64,000 nucleotides of DNA from NCBI GenBank assembly GCA_040901985.1, contig JBBDYC010000008.1:80490-144489 (forward strand), read 5' to 3'. This document shows positions 1-8,085 of this stretch, one piece after another (position 1 is the first letter of the stretch; each line of letters starts with the position of its first letter). The notes beneath the pieces are model-generated. The model saw only the letters and a list, made by a program, of their open reading frames with translations. It had not been told where the DNA came from and searched no databases. A program made the translations under genes and the position numbers. The DNA is from Gemmatimonadaceae bacterium (GTDB taxonomy: Bacteria > Gemmatimonadota > Gemmatimonadetes > Gemmatimonadales > Gemmatimonadaceae).

Positions 1-989
1 ACCCGCTCGAGTGCCATCAGCGCCTGGGCCGGCGTGGTGTCGGTGAGGAGCACCACGAACTCCTCACCCCCGAACCGCCCGACGATCTGCTCGTCGCGGA
101 GCGTCTCGACGATCCGGTCGGCCACCCCACGCAGGACGTGGTCGCCGGTGGCGTGGCCGTAGGTGTCGTTGACGAGCTTGAAGTTGTCGAGATCCACCAC
201 CGCCACCGAGATGGGATTGCCACGGCGGCGGCTCCCGGCAATCAGCGGCTCAGCGTCGTCAAAGAAGGCGCGGCGGTTCTTGAGGCCGGTCAGCTCGTCC
301 ACCATCGCGAGGTCGGACATCTGCGAGAGCATTGCCTCGAGCCGGAGCGCGCTCCCCTTGGACTCGGCCAGCGCGATGTCGCGCTGCACGAGCACGCGCA
401 CGTTCTCGACGAACTGCCGCCAACTCGACTTGGTGAAGAGCAGCGCGCAGAGGATGAAGACGGCGATCGCCGACGGGAGGATGGGCTGGTGCGCCGCGTC
501 GTAGCGCACCGCCTGCACCAGCAGGGTGCTCATGAACGGGAGAAAGAACGCCATTGACGCCACCGGCGACGACGAGAAGAAGGCGACGGAGCCCGCGCAG
601 AGTCCAGCGAGGAGCATCACGAGGGTGGCGCGCTCGTCGGGGCCGCCGAGCGGGAAGAGGACCAACGCCATGGCGGCCCAGAGGAGGCCGTTGACCAGCG
701 AGTAGGCGAGCGCCCGACGCTCGTTGTTGACGCTCACGTCGGCCGGCCGTGGCCGGCGGCGCAGTCGCCACCAGCTCAGCGCCGGCGGCGTCCAGAGTGC
801 GACCATCACCGCGGTGAATCCGGCCAGCACCGCGCTCTCGATCCTCCCCCAGTAGGCAATCGCAAGCAGGCCCGCGAGCAGGGGGTTGGCGACAAAGACG
901 GCGGGAAGCTGCCGAACCCGGTTCACCGCCTGGGAGACGCGGACCGCCTGCCGCAGGGCCTCGGAGTCGTCGGTGATCGGCAGCTGCAT
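1..989 (-). CDS. Membrane-anchored diguanylate cyclase (GGDEF), 3' end runs off the window
   Basis: Minus-strand frame from ATG at 989 (MQLPITDDSEALRQ...). Hydrophobic TM segments, then DELTGLKNRR, DLDNFKLVNDTYGHATGD and IVGRFGGEEF. Absent from the ORF track because there is no stop in the window. Confidence 0.9.
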   Translation of the reverse strand, partial: MQLPITDDSEALRQAVRVSQAVNRVRQLPAVFVANPLLAGLLAIAYWGRIESAVLAGFTAVMVALWTPPALSWWRLRRRPRPADVSVNNERRALAYSLVNGLLWAAMALVLFPLGGPDERATLVMLLAGLCAGSVAFFSSSPVASMAFFLPFMSTLLVQAVRYDAAHQPILPSAIAVFILCALLFTKSSWRQFVENVRVLVQRDIALAESKGSALRLEAMLSQMSDLAMVDELTGLKNRRAFFDDAEPLIAGSRRRGNPISVAVVDLDNFKLVNDTYGHATGDHVLRGVADRIVETLRDEQIVGRFGGEEFVVLLTDTTPAQALMALER

Positions 990-1092
990 CCAACACGATA
1001 TTGCGCGGGGCCCCAATGGGCCAGACTTTGGGGGTGGTCTCGCCTGTCCCACTTGCAGGATCCTGCAGGATCCCCGATCAGCCGGAGGTCAG

Positions 1093-1650
1093 ATGGAGTT
1101 CATCACCGAGCTTTGGAAGCCGATACTCCTCAGCGGTCTCGCCGTCTTCGTCCTTTCTGCGCTCGCCTGGACGGTGATGCCGCACCACCAGAAGGAGTAC
1201 GCCCGCCTCGCCAACGAGGACGCCGTGGCCGACGCCCTCCGCGCGGGGAATGTGCAACCTGGGCTCTACTCAGTTCCCCACGCCGCCGACTTCAAGGCGC
1301 TGGGAACCCCCGAGATGGTCGCCAAGATGCAACGTGGGCCGGTTGCCTACATCACGGTCGTACCGCCGGGCGTCACCCCAATGGGCCCGACGATGGTGAA
1401 GAGCCTGATCTCGAACCTCGTGGTCTCGGTCTTCGTCGGCTACGTGGCCTATCACGCCCTCCCGGCGGGCACGGAGTACCTCGCCGTATTCCGTGTCGTC
1501 GGCACCGTCGGCTTCATGGCCTACGCGCTCGGCGGAATGGCCGACTCGATCTGGTTCGGCAAGCCGTGGAAGAGCTGGATGCTCCACGCGATGGATAGCC
1601 TGGTCTACGGTCTGGCTATGGGTGGCGTGTTCGGGTGGCTGTGGGTCTGA
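1093..1650 (+). CDS. Conserved hypothetical membrane protein (about 4-5 TM)
   Basis: GGAGG RBS then ATG at 1093; MEFITELWKPILLSGLAVFVLSALAW...; several hydrophobic helices. Confidence 0.75.
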   Translation: MEFITELWKPILLSGLAVFVLSALAWTVMPHHQKEYARLANEDAVADALRAGNVQPGLYSVPHAADFKALGTPEMVAKMQRGPVAYITVVPPGVTPMGPTMVKSLISNLVVSVFVGYVAYHALPAGTEYLAVFRVVGTVGFMAYALGGMADSIWFGKPWKSWMLHAMDSLVYGLAMGGVFGWLWV

Positions 1651-1673
1651 TTCAACTCTCACCTGTAGTTCGA

Positions 1674-2702
1674 TTACATCGCCGGTTGTGCCCGTGACAC
1701 CTCGGCCCGCCCGATCATCCCCTGATCGGTGCCGAACCACAGCAGTCCGCTGTTCTTGTCGAAGTACATATGGCGGATGGTGTTGTTGCCCTCGCGGCCG
1801 ACGAGGGTGCGGCCGAAGAACTGCTTGGTCTTGGGGTCGTAGCCCCAGAGGACCGCGCCGCTGCGGCCGCTCTCGGCCATCCAGAGGCGGTCGCGGTCGT
1901 CGGCGGCCATCCCGTAGGGGAGCGACGCAGGGCCGCCGGGCATCGGGAACTCCTCCACCGCGCCGCCGGTCCGCGGATCGTAGCGGCCGAGGAATCCGCG
2001 CGAGTAGTCCACGTACCAGACGACGTCATCGCTCGTGATCGCGATCCGGCGGCCACGCGCACGCTCGTGCGGCAGGTCCACCGTGCTGAGCTGCATCGTC
2101 GCCGGATCCACGGTGCCGAGCTTGTTGGTGGCGAAGAGATTGAACCACGGCACGCCGCGAGAGTTGATCGCGATTCCGTAGGGCCCCGAGCCGGCACCCG
2201 TCGGGATCAGGGTGATCTTCCCGGTGCGCACGTCGAGGTGCCCAACGTGATGGGAGCGCTGCGCGCTGAACCAGATGTTCCCCTTCTGGTCGAAGACCAT
2301 TGAGTGCGGGTCGCGCACGGCCGGGTCGGGCATCGGGTAGCGGGTGATCACGCCGGTGGCGGGGTCGAGACGGCCGATCATCGCGTTGCGATTTCCGGCG
2401 TACCAGACCTGACCCCGCGGGTCAATGATCAGGGTGTGCGGATGGGTGCCGCTGTCAATCTCAAAGCGGGTGAAGTCGCCGCTGCGCGGGTCGAGCCGGC
2501 CGATATAGTTGCCGGCCTGGCCGACGAACCAGACGCGGCCGTCCGGCGCCACGTACGGGTCACGCGGCCGGCCACCGTACGGCACTTCCCATTCCGTGAA
2601 CGCCGTCTGCGCGGGCTGCTGGGCGGCGGCGGGGTTCGCGATCACGCCAAGGGCGACCGCGAGCGCGGCGACGAAAATCGCTGCGCGGACTGGATTGTGC
2701 AT
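1674..2702 (-). CDS. Vgb (virginiamycin B lyase)-like secreted beta-propeller protein
   Basis: Signal peptide; repeated P-x-x-x-x-x-D-x-x-G-x-(V/I)W-(F/Y) and IGRLDP blades. Confidence 0.8.
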   Translation of the reverse strand: MHNPVRAAIFVAALAVALGVIANPAAAQQPAQTAFTEWEVPYGGRPRDPYVAPDGRVWFVGQAGNYIGRLDPRSGDFTRFEIDSGTHPHTLIIDPRGQVWYAGNRNAMIGRLDPATGVITRYPMPDPAVRDPHSMVFDQKGNIWFSAQRSHHVGHLDVRTGKITLIPTGAGSGPYGIAINSRGVPWFNLFATNKLGTVDPATMQLSTVDLPHERARGRRIAITSDDVVWYVDYSRGFLGRYDPRTGGAVEEFPMPGGPASLPYGMAADDRDRLWMAESGRSGAVLWGYDPKTKQFFGRTLVGREGNNTIRHMYFDKNSGLLWFGTDQGMIGRAEVSRAQPAM

Positions 2703-2838
2703 AGGGGACCTCGCTGTCCGGGGGGTTACAATATGGCCTCTAATTGCCGCGGCGCCCGCTGGACGCCCGACCTCCCAGGGTACGCGCGACGGGCCCCGGA
2801 TGTTCAGCCCGGGGCCCGCTGGCGCTCATTTCACCTTG

Positions 2839-3981
2839 TCAGCGTCCCGTGCCGAAGTTCAGGATCGGCAGCACCCGCATACCCCGCGGGTTATCGCGCA
2901 CGATGTTGACCACGCCGATCTGCATTCCGCGGAGCGATTCGGCGTAGTTCACGAGGCCGAGCGTCAGGCCGTGCTGGGAGCCGCGGACGGCGTTGACCGA
3001 TGAGGCGGAGATGCCGGTGAGCCGTCCGCCGACCTCGGTCCGGAAGAGGATCGGGGCAAAGACGACGCCGCGCGTCGTCTCGGCGCCGACGAGGGCCGCT
3101 GCCGCGCCGCCGGAAAGGCGCGGCGTGCCGATTCCGACGCCGGCGAGGGTGATGCCGTGGATCCTCCCGCCGGCGCCGACGCCGATTCCGGCAATCGTGA
3201 GGCCCGTGAGCCGGCCGCCAGCGCCCACGCCGATGCCGCCCACCGAGATTCCCGTCACCGAGCCGCCGCTCCCGACTCCGACCCCGCCGACCATCAGGCC
3301 CTTGGCGCTTCCGCCGGCCCCGACGCCGATCCCGCCGAGGGCGATCCCCCGGAGCGATCCGCCGGCCGCCGCGCCAACGCCGCCCACCATCAGGCCCTGC
3401 ACGTTCCCGCCGGCGCCGACGCCGATCCCGCCAATTGCCGCGCCGGTGATGTCGCCGCCCGCGCCGGCGCCGACCCCGCCAACGAGGATGCCCTTGGCGC
3501 TCCCGCCAGCCCCCACGCCGATCCCGCCCGCCATCAGGCCGCTCACCTCGCCGCCGGCGCCCACGCCGATCCCGCCGATGGCCGCACCACGCATCCGGCC
3601 GCCCGCCCCTGCGCCAATCCCGCCGAGCATAATCCCGTTGAGTTCATCCGAGGCGCCGACGCCAAAGATCCCGACGCCGATGCCGCTGATCTCCTCTGCG
3701 CCAGTCATCGGCAGGCCCAATGCGAGCCCCTTCACCGTACCGCCGAAGTCGTCGTCGTACGGGCTCCAGATCGTGGCGTTTACGCCGCGGACCAGCTCGA
3801 GGTCAATGTCGCGGTAGTTCAGGCGGATGCCGTCCACGCGCGGGTAGTTGCCGATCGAGATGATGTAGCGGACCGGGGCGCCGCGGTCTTGCGCTCCGAG
3901 TGCGGGACCGCCGAGTGCGGGCGCGAGAAGGGCGGCGGCAACGAGGCCGACGAAGGCGGCCGAGAGGTGTGCGGGGCGCAT
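2839..3981 (-). CDS. Secreted Gly-rich 16-aa repeat protein (LA_2272-like surface repeat protein)
   Basis: Signal peptide; tandem G(I/L)xxGG(I/V)G(V/A)GAGGxxx units; C-terminal GLVNYA..GMQIGVVN..LPILNF. Confidence 0.7.
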   Translation of the reverse strand: MRPAHLSAAFVGLVAAALLAPALGGPALGAQDRGAPVRYIISIGNYPRVDGIRLNYRDIDLELVRGVNATIWSPYDDDFGGTVKGLALGLPMTGAEEISGIGVGIFGVGASDELNGIMLGGIGAGAGGRMRGAAIGGIGVGAGGEVSGLMAGGIGVGAGGSAKGILVGGVGAGAGGDITGAAIGGIGVGAGGNVQGLMVGGVGAAAGGSLRGIALGGIGVGAGGSAKGLMVGGVGVGSGGSVTGISVGGIGVGAGGRLTGLTIAGIGVGAGGRIHGITLAGVGIGTPRLSGGAAAALVGAETTRGVVFAPILFRTEVGGRLTGISASSVNAVRGSQHGLTLGLVNYAESLRGMQIGVVNIVRDNPRGMRVLPILNFGTGR

Positions 3982-4115
3982 AGGGACGGTGGGTCGGGAG
4001 TGGGTACGCGTACGGTCCGACGTACGGCCCGACCTACGGCGACCGACTCAGCGGGTTTCGGGTCGCCAGGCCCGGCCAACGTTCGACCGGGGTGCCGCCC
4101 GGAGGGTTTGAACCC

Positions 4116-5084
4116 TCAGCCGATGGCGCGCATCGCCCGCCGCAGGAGCGTCTTGGCGAGGGTCACCTTGTAGGCATTCCCCGCAAGCGGTGCCACGTCG
4201 TACATCGCGCGCTCGGCCAAGGGGTCGAGACTCTCCTCGTCGAGCCCGCCGGAAGCGATGTCCTCCTCCACCGAGAGGGCCAGCCGCCAGGGCGCCGCTG
4301 CCACGCCGCCCAGCACGACGCGCACGGCGCCGTCGGTGCGGCGGACGGCCGCGCAGGACACGAGGGCAAAGTCCCACGCGCCCCGCTGCATCAGCTTTTC
4401 CCAGTGCTGCGCGCCTCGCGCGGCAGCAGCCGGCAGTTCCACGCCGACAATCAGGTCGCCCGCGCGGAGCGTCGTCTCGCTCTCTCGGTTGGAGCTGGCG
4501 CCGGCGTACAGCTCGGGGATGCTCAGCTGCCGCACCGTGCCATCGCTGCCGGCGACCTCCACGCGGGCGTCGAGCGCCTCGAGCGCCACTGCGGGGTCGG
4601 AGGGGTGGACCGACCGACACGTGCCGTCGGCGACGATCCCGTGGTAGCGGTGCTCGCCGGCAAAGGCGGCACAACTGGTGCCGCCGTTCTTGAAGCACTG
4701 CACGCCGCGCCGCAGGTACCAGCAGTGCTGCCGCTGCGCGAGGTTGCCGGCGAGGGTCCCCATATTGCGGAGCGCCGGCGTCCCCACGCTCGCCGCCGAC
4801 TCGGCGAGGACCGGGAAGCGCGCGCGCAGGTCTGGGTGGGCCGCGAGGTCGGCAATCCGCACCGCCGCGCCGAGGTGCGCGCTGCCGTCGGGCCGGACGA
4901 GGATCCGTCGGGCGTCGGGGAGCGCGCGGACGTCCACCACGCGGTCGGGCGCGACGAGCCCCTCGGCGATCGTGACGAGGAGGTCCGTTCCCGCGCCGAT
5001 GGCAACCGTGCCGGGAGCGGCGAGGGCGGCGAGGGCCGCCTCGCGCGTGGTGGGCCGCTCGTAGCGGAAGGTCCCCTCGCTCAC
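4116..5084 (-). CDS. Xanthine dehydrogenase family FAD-binding (medium) subunit with PaoB/HcrB-type Cys-rich [4Fe-4S] insert
   Basis: GAGTDL, LRNMGTLAGNL, CWYLR..C.KNGG..C...C..HPSD motifs; GTG start at 5084 overlaps the ChaN stop (GTGA). Confidence 0.88.
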   Translation of the reverse strand: MSEGTFRYERPTTREAALAALAAPGTVAIGAGTDLLVTIAEGLVAPDRVVDVRALPDARRILVRPDGSAHLGAAVRIADLAAHPDLRARFPVLAESAASVGTPALRNMGTLAGNLAQRQHCWYLRRGVQCFKNGGTSCAAFAGEHRYHGIVADGTCRSVHPSDPAVALEALDARVEVAGSDGTVRQLSIPELYAGASSNRESETTLRAGDLIVGVELPAAAARGAQHWEKLMQRGAWDFALVSCAAVRRTDGAVRVVLGGVAAAPWRLALSVEEDIASGGLDEESLDPLAERAMYDVAPLAGNAYKVTLAKTLLRRAMRAIG

Positions 5085-6082
5085 GGCTTGGGTTCGGCGA
5101 CGGTGAAAAGCGTGAAGACGACCCAATCGCCAAGCGCGCGGCGCGCACGGCCGTCGGCGGCATCGAGGTCGGTGATGGGAACGAAGCTGACGACAGAAAG
5201 CCGCGCGCGCGGGAGCCGGCGGCGCGTGCGCTCGACCGTCCCCATCCGTCGATCGGAGTGGAACGACCCGTTGGCGTGCACCACCAGGGCGCCGTCTGCC
5301 GCCGCCTCGGCGATGGACTCGCCCATCGTCTCGTCCTTCAGGCACTGCGCCTCGTACATCCGCCAGACCGTCGGTTCGACCTCCTCGGGGGCGAGCTGCA
5401 TCCCGTGGCTGCTGAGGTCGCCCATCTGGGCGCGAAAGCGGCGCCAGTAGTCGTCACGAGGGCAGGAGAGTTCGGTGGCGAACAACGCGCGCTCTTCGGC
5501 GGGGAGGGAGTCGAGGGCGGCGAGCCCCCGGCGCGAGACGAGCTGGGCGAAACGCCGCGGGACATTCCCGGCGACGATCGGCCAGTTGCGGCTGCGGGCG
5601 AACTCGACCATCGGACGGTAGTCGGTGGCGTAGCGGGGCCAGGGTCGCGCCGCGGCGAGGAAGGCCGCCTCGTCGTGGGCGCCGGCCAGATACGCGTCGA
5701 GCGGCTGCTGCGCGTCGCGCTCGAACATCTCGAGGGCGAGGACGATCGGCTCGCTGCGCCGCCGCGCGAGGCCCTCGAGGACGGCTTCCTGCAGGCGATG
5801 CGTGGCGGGGTCGTTGTGCTGCTCGCCGAGGAAGATGATCTGCGCAGTCTTGAGCCTGGCGAGCATCGTCTCGAAGTCCACGAAGCGATTGCGCCGGGTG
5901 TCGTAGACCCGGTGCGGGACGTAGCGGTGGACGATGATTTCGACGGCGGGCGGCTCGGTTGGCGGCTCGACGGAAGGCGCGGCGGCGGGCGCGGCGGCGG
6001 GCGCGGCCTGACCGAGTGCGCCGGTGGAAATGGCGCAACTGGAGGCGAAAATTGCAGTTGTTATAAAGTAATATGCTTTCAT
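5081..6082 (-). CDS. ChaN-family (haem-binding/iron-regulated) exported protein
   Basis: IFLGEQHND, LALEMF, YRPMVEFA, AQCLKDETM and NGSFHS motifs; N-terminal signal-like segment. Confidence 0.82.
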   Translation of the reverse strand: MKAYYFITTAIFASSCAISTGALGQAAPAAAPAAAPSVEPPTEPPAVEIIVHRYVPHRVYDTRRNRFVDFETMLARLKTAQIIFLGEQHNDPATHRLQEAVLEGLARRRSEPIVLALEMFERDAQQPLDAYLAGAHDEAAFLAAARPWPRYATDYRPMVEFARSRNWPIVAGNVPRRFAQLVSRRGLAALDSLPAEERALFATELSCPRDDYWRRFRAQMGDLSSHGMQLAPEEVEPTVWRMYEAQCLKDETMGESIAEAAADGALVVHANGSFHSDRRMGTVERTRRRLPRARLSVVSFVPITDLDAADGRARRALGDWVVFTLFTVAEPKP

Positions 6083-6291
6083 AACTGCTTAACTCCTGAA
6101 TTCGCGCCGCCGGCAGTGCATCGCAAATAAGCCTAGTTGTAAGCAGTAAACAGTGTTAAGCTTCTAAATCTATTTATGGTGCAAATCTGACCGATCTCCT
6201 AAGCGAGACCACTGCTCGCCTCCTTGAAGAGGCGAGTGACGAGGCCGCGCGGCTCGACACCCTCTGCGCCGTCGCGCCTCCGGCGGCCGCG

Positions 6292-7143
6292 TTGGCGCTC
6301 CGGGCGGCTGCCCTTGCCGCCTTGGCTGAAGGTACGCCGCGTGCGCTCGCCCTGCTGGTCGCGGTCCAGGGCTCGTCGGGCCACGCCCTCCCGCCCGACC
6401 TGGCGCGCTGGCGCGCAATCGCCGAGGAGGAGGAGCGTCGGGCCCGCGGTGGGGCGGTCCTCTCGGCGGCACGGGTGGCGGCGCTCAGCGCACCGGTCGT
6501 CGGAAAGGCCGCGCGCGCCGATGCCGATGCGGTTGCCGATTCCGTCGCCGACCCCGTCGCGCTCGACGACGCGCTCCGGCCCGGCGGCGTACCCCGGCCG
6601 GCCTGGCTCCGCGCGGCCGCCGCGGCGGCCGCGATTGACGACCCGGCCACGGGCGATCTCATTGCCGCGCTCCTCCTCTGTGCCGCCGGGACGACCGGCC
6701 GTCTCCTCTTCCTCCCCTTCGCCGCCGTCGAGGCGACCGAGCGCGCGGAGGCAGTCGCCGCCTGGCGCGCCGGCGACCACGACCCGTGGGCACGCGCGGC
6801 ACTCGGCGCCGCGGCAGGGACGGTCCGCCATCTCCGCGTCGCCGTCCACCGGTTCGTCCGCGGGCTCGGTGAGGACGAGGCGCGGCTCGAGACGCTCGGC
6901 CGCGCCGCCATCACCGCACGGCGGGCGCTCGCGCACCTCCGCTCGGAGCTCGCCCTCACCGTGCCGACGCTCGCCGGCCGGCTCGGCGGCTCGCGGCCGG
7001 CGGCGGGGGACGCGCTCGAACGCCTTCGCGAGCTCGGGGTCGCCACCGAAGTCACCGGGCGCGGCCGCGACCGCGTCTTCGCGCTCACTGCCGCGCTCGC
7101 ACTCGTTGCGTCGCCGTCAGAGTTCGGCGTCGAAAAACCGTGA
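6292..7143 (+). CDS. Fic-like protein lacking the catalytic motif, with C-terminal HTH (true start may be near 6187)
   Basis: Frame open upstream to a TAA at 6157 (..LLEEASDEAARLD..); C-terminal LERLRELGVATEVTGRGRDRVF resembles Fic-associated wHTH tails; no HPFxDGNGR. Confidence 0.55.
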   Translation: MALRAAALAALAEGTPRALALLVAVQGSSGHALPPDLARWRAIAEEEERRARGGAVLSAARVAALSAPVVGKAARADADAVADSVADPVALDDALRPGGVPRPAWLRAAAAAAAIDDPATGDLIAALLLCAAGTTGRLLFLPFAAVEATERAEAVAAWRAGDHDPWARAALGAAAGTVRHLRVAVHRFVRGLGEDEARLETLGRAAITARRALAHLRSELALTVPTLAGRLGGSRPAAGDALERLRELGVATEVTGRGRDRVFALTAALALVASPSEFGVEKP

Positions 7144-7174
7144 CCTGAACCGACGCGCACTCGTAGTCCCGGTG

Positions 7175-7729
7175 ATGAGACTCCAACTTCACGCGCTCCT
7201 CGTCGCCGTGGTGACGGTCGCTGGCTGCAGCGGCCCGCCGGCGAGCGAGATCCCGCGCCCGATGACCGAGCGTGAGTACCTCCGTTCGCGCAAGATGATG
7301 GTTCCGGTGCACGGCGTCAGGCGCTCGCAGCTGCGCGACACCTACAACGCGCAGCGCAACGGCGGGCGTGCGCACCTCGCGCTCGACGTGATGGCCCGGC
7401 GCGGCACTCGGGTCGTGGCGGCCGACGCCGGCACCGTCCGCCGCATAGACTCCAACGCGCTCGGCGGACGGACGGTGTATGTGGTGGACCACGCGCAGCG
7501 CTTCGTCCACTACTACGCGCACCTCGACCGCTGGGCCCCAGGCCTCACCGTGGGGATGACGGTCAACCGAGGACAGGTCCTCGGTACGGTTGGCACCACC
7601 GGCAACGCGCCGTCCAACGCCCCACACCTGCATTACCAACTGTTGCGCTACCGAAACACCCGGATGTGGTGGACCGGAGATCCGGTCAACCCGATCCGCT
7701 ACCTGACCAGGCGAGGCCGAGCGAGATGA
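7175..7729 (+). CDS. M23 family metallopeptidase lipoprotein
   Basis: Lipobox VAGC; HLALD, YAHL and PHLHY zinc motifs. Confidence 0.9.
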   Translation: MRLQLHALLVAVVTVAGCSGPPASEIPRPMTEREYLRSRKMMVPVHGVRRSQLRDTYNAQRNGGRAHLALDVMARRGTRVVAADAGTVRRIDSNALGGRTVYVVDHAQRFVHYYAHLDRWAPGLTVGMTVNRGQVLGTVGTTGNAPSNAPHLHYQLLRYRNTRMWWTGDPVNPIRYLTRRGRAR

Positions 7730-8043
7730 CTGCAGCGATGACCGGAAAGGAGCGCGCCGCCCTCCGTTCCGAGTGCAACCGCCTCAAGCCGCAGGTCCAC
7801 ATCGGCCAGGAAGGGATCACTCCCGCGCTCGCCGCGGCGCTCGACGACGCGCTGCGGACACGCGAACTCGTAAAGGTGCAGCTCAACCGGACCGCCGGCG
7901 TCAGCGCGCGGGACGCCGCCGTGTCGCTCGCCAAGCGGGTGCGCGCCGAGGTGATCCAGGTGATAGGGCGGACGACGACGCTCTACCGCCACAACCCGCA
8001 GCTCAAGCGAAAGGCCGGCGCGGCTCCGCCCTGGCGTGACTGA
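7726..8043 (+). CDS. yhbY: YhbY/CRM-domain RNA-binding protein
   Basis: LKPQVHIGQEG, ELVKV, QVIGRTTTLYR; ATGA overlap with the M23 gene. Confidence 0.9.
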   Translation: MTAAMTGKERAALRSECNRLKPQVHIGQEGITPALAAALDDALRTRELVKVQLNRTAGVSARDAAVSLAKRVRAEVIQVIGRTTTLYRHNPQLKRKAGAAPPWRD

Positions 8044-8085
8044 CTGGCGCGACTGGCGCGACTGGCGCTCGCGCGTCCGGCGCGA

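Noticed and set aside
1674..2702. Vgb, beta-lactamase-like, erythromycin esterase and MBL genes as antibiotic-resistance determinants
   Set aside because: Only family-level folds are evident; these families are mostly non-resistance enzymes, and none sits in a mobile context.
8042..8068. gactggcgc x3 between convergent genes
   Set aside because: Too short; a simple microsatellite-like repeat with no evident function.
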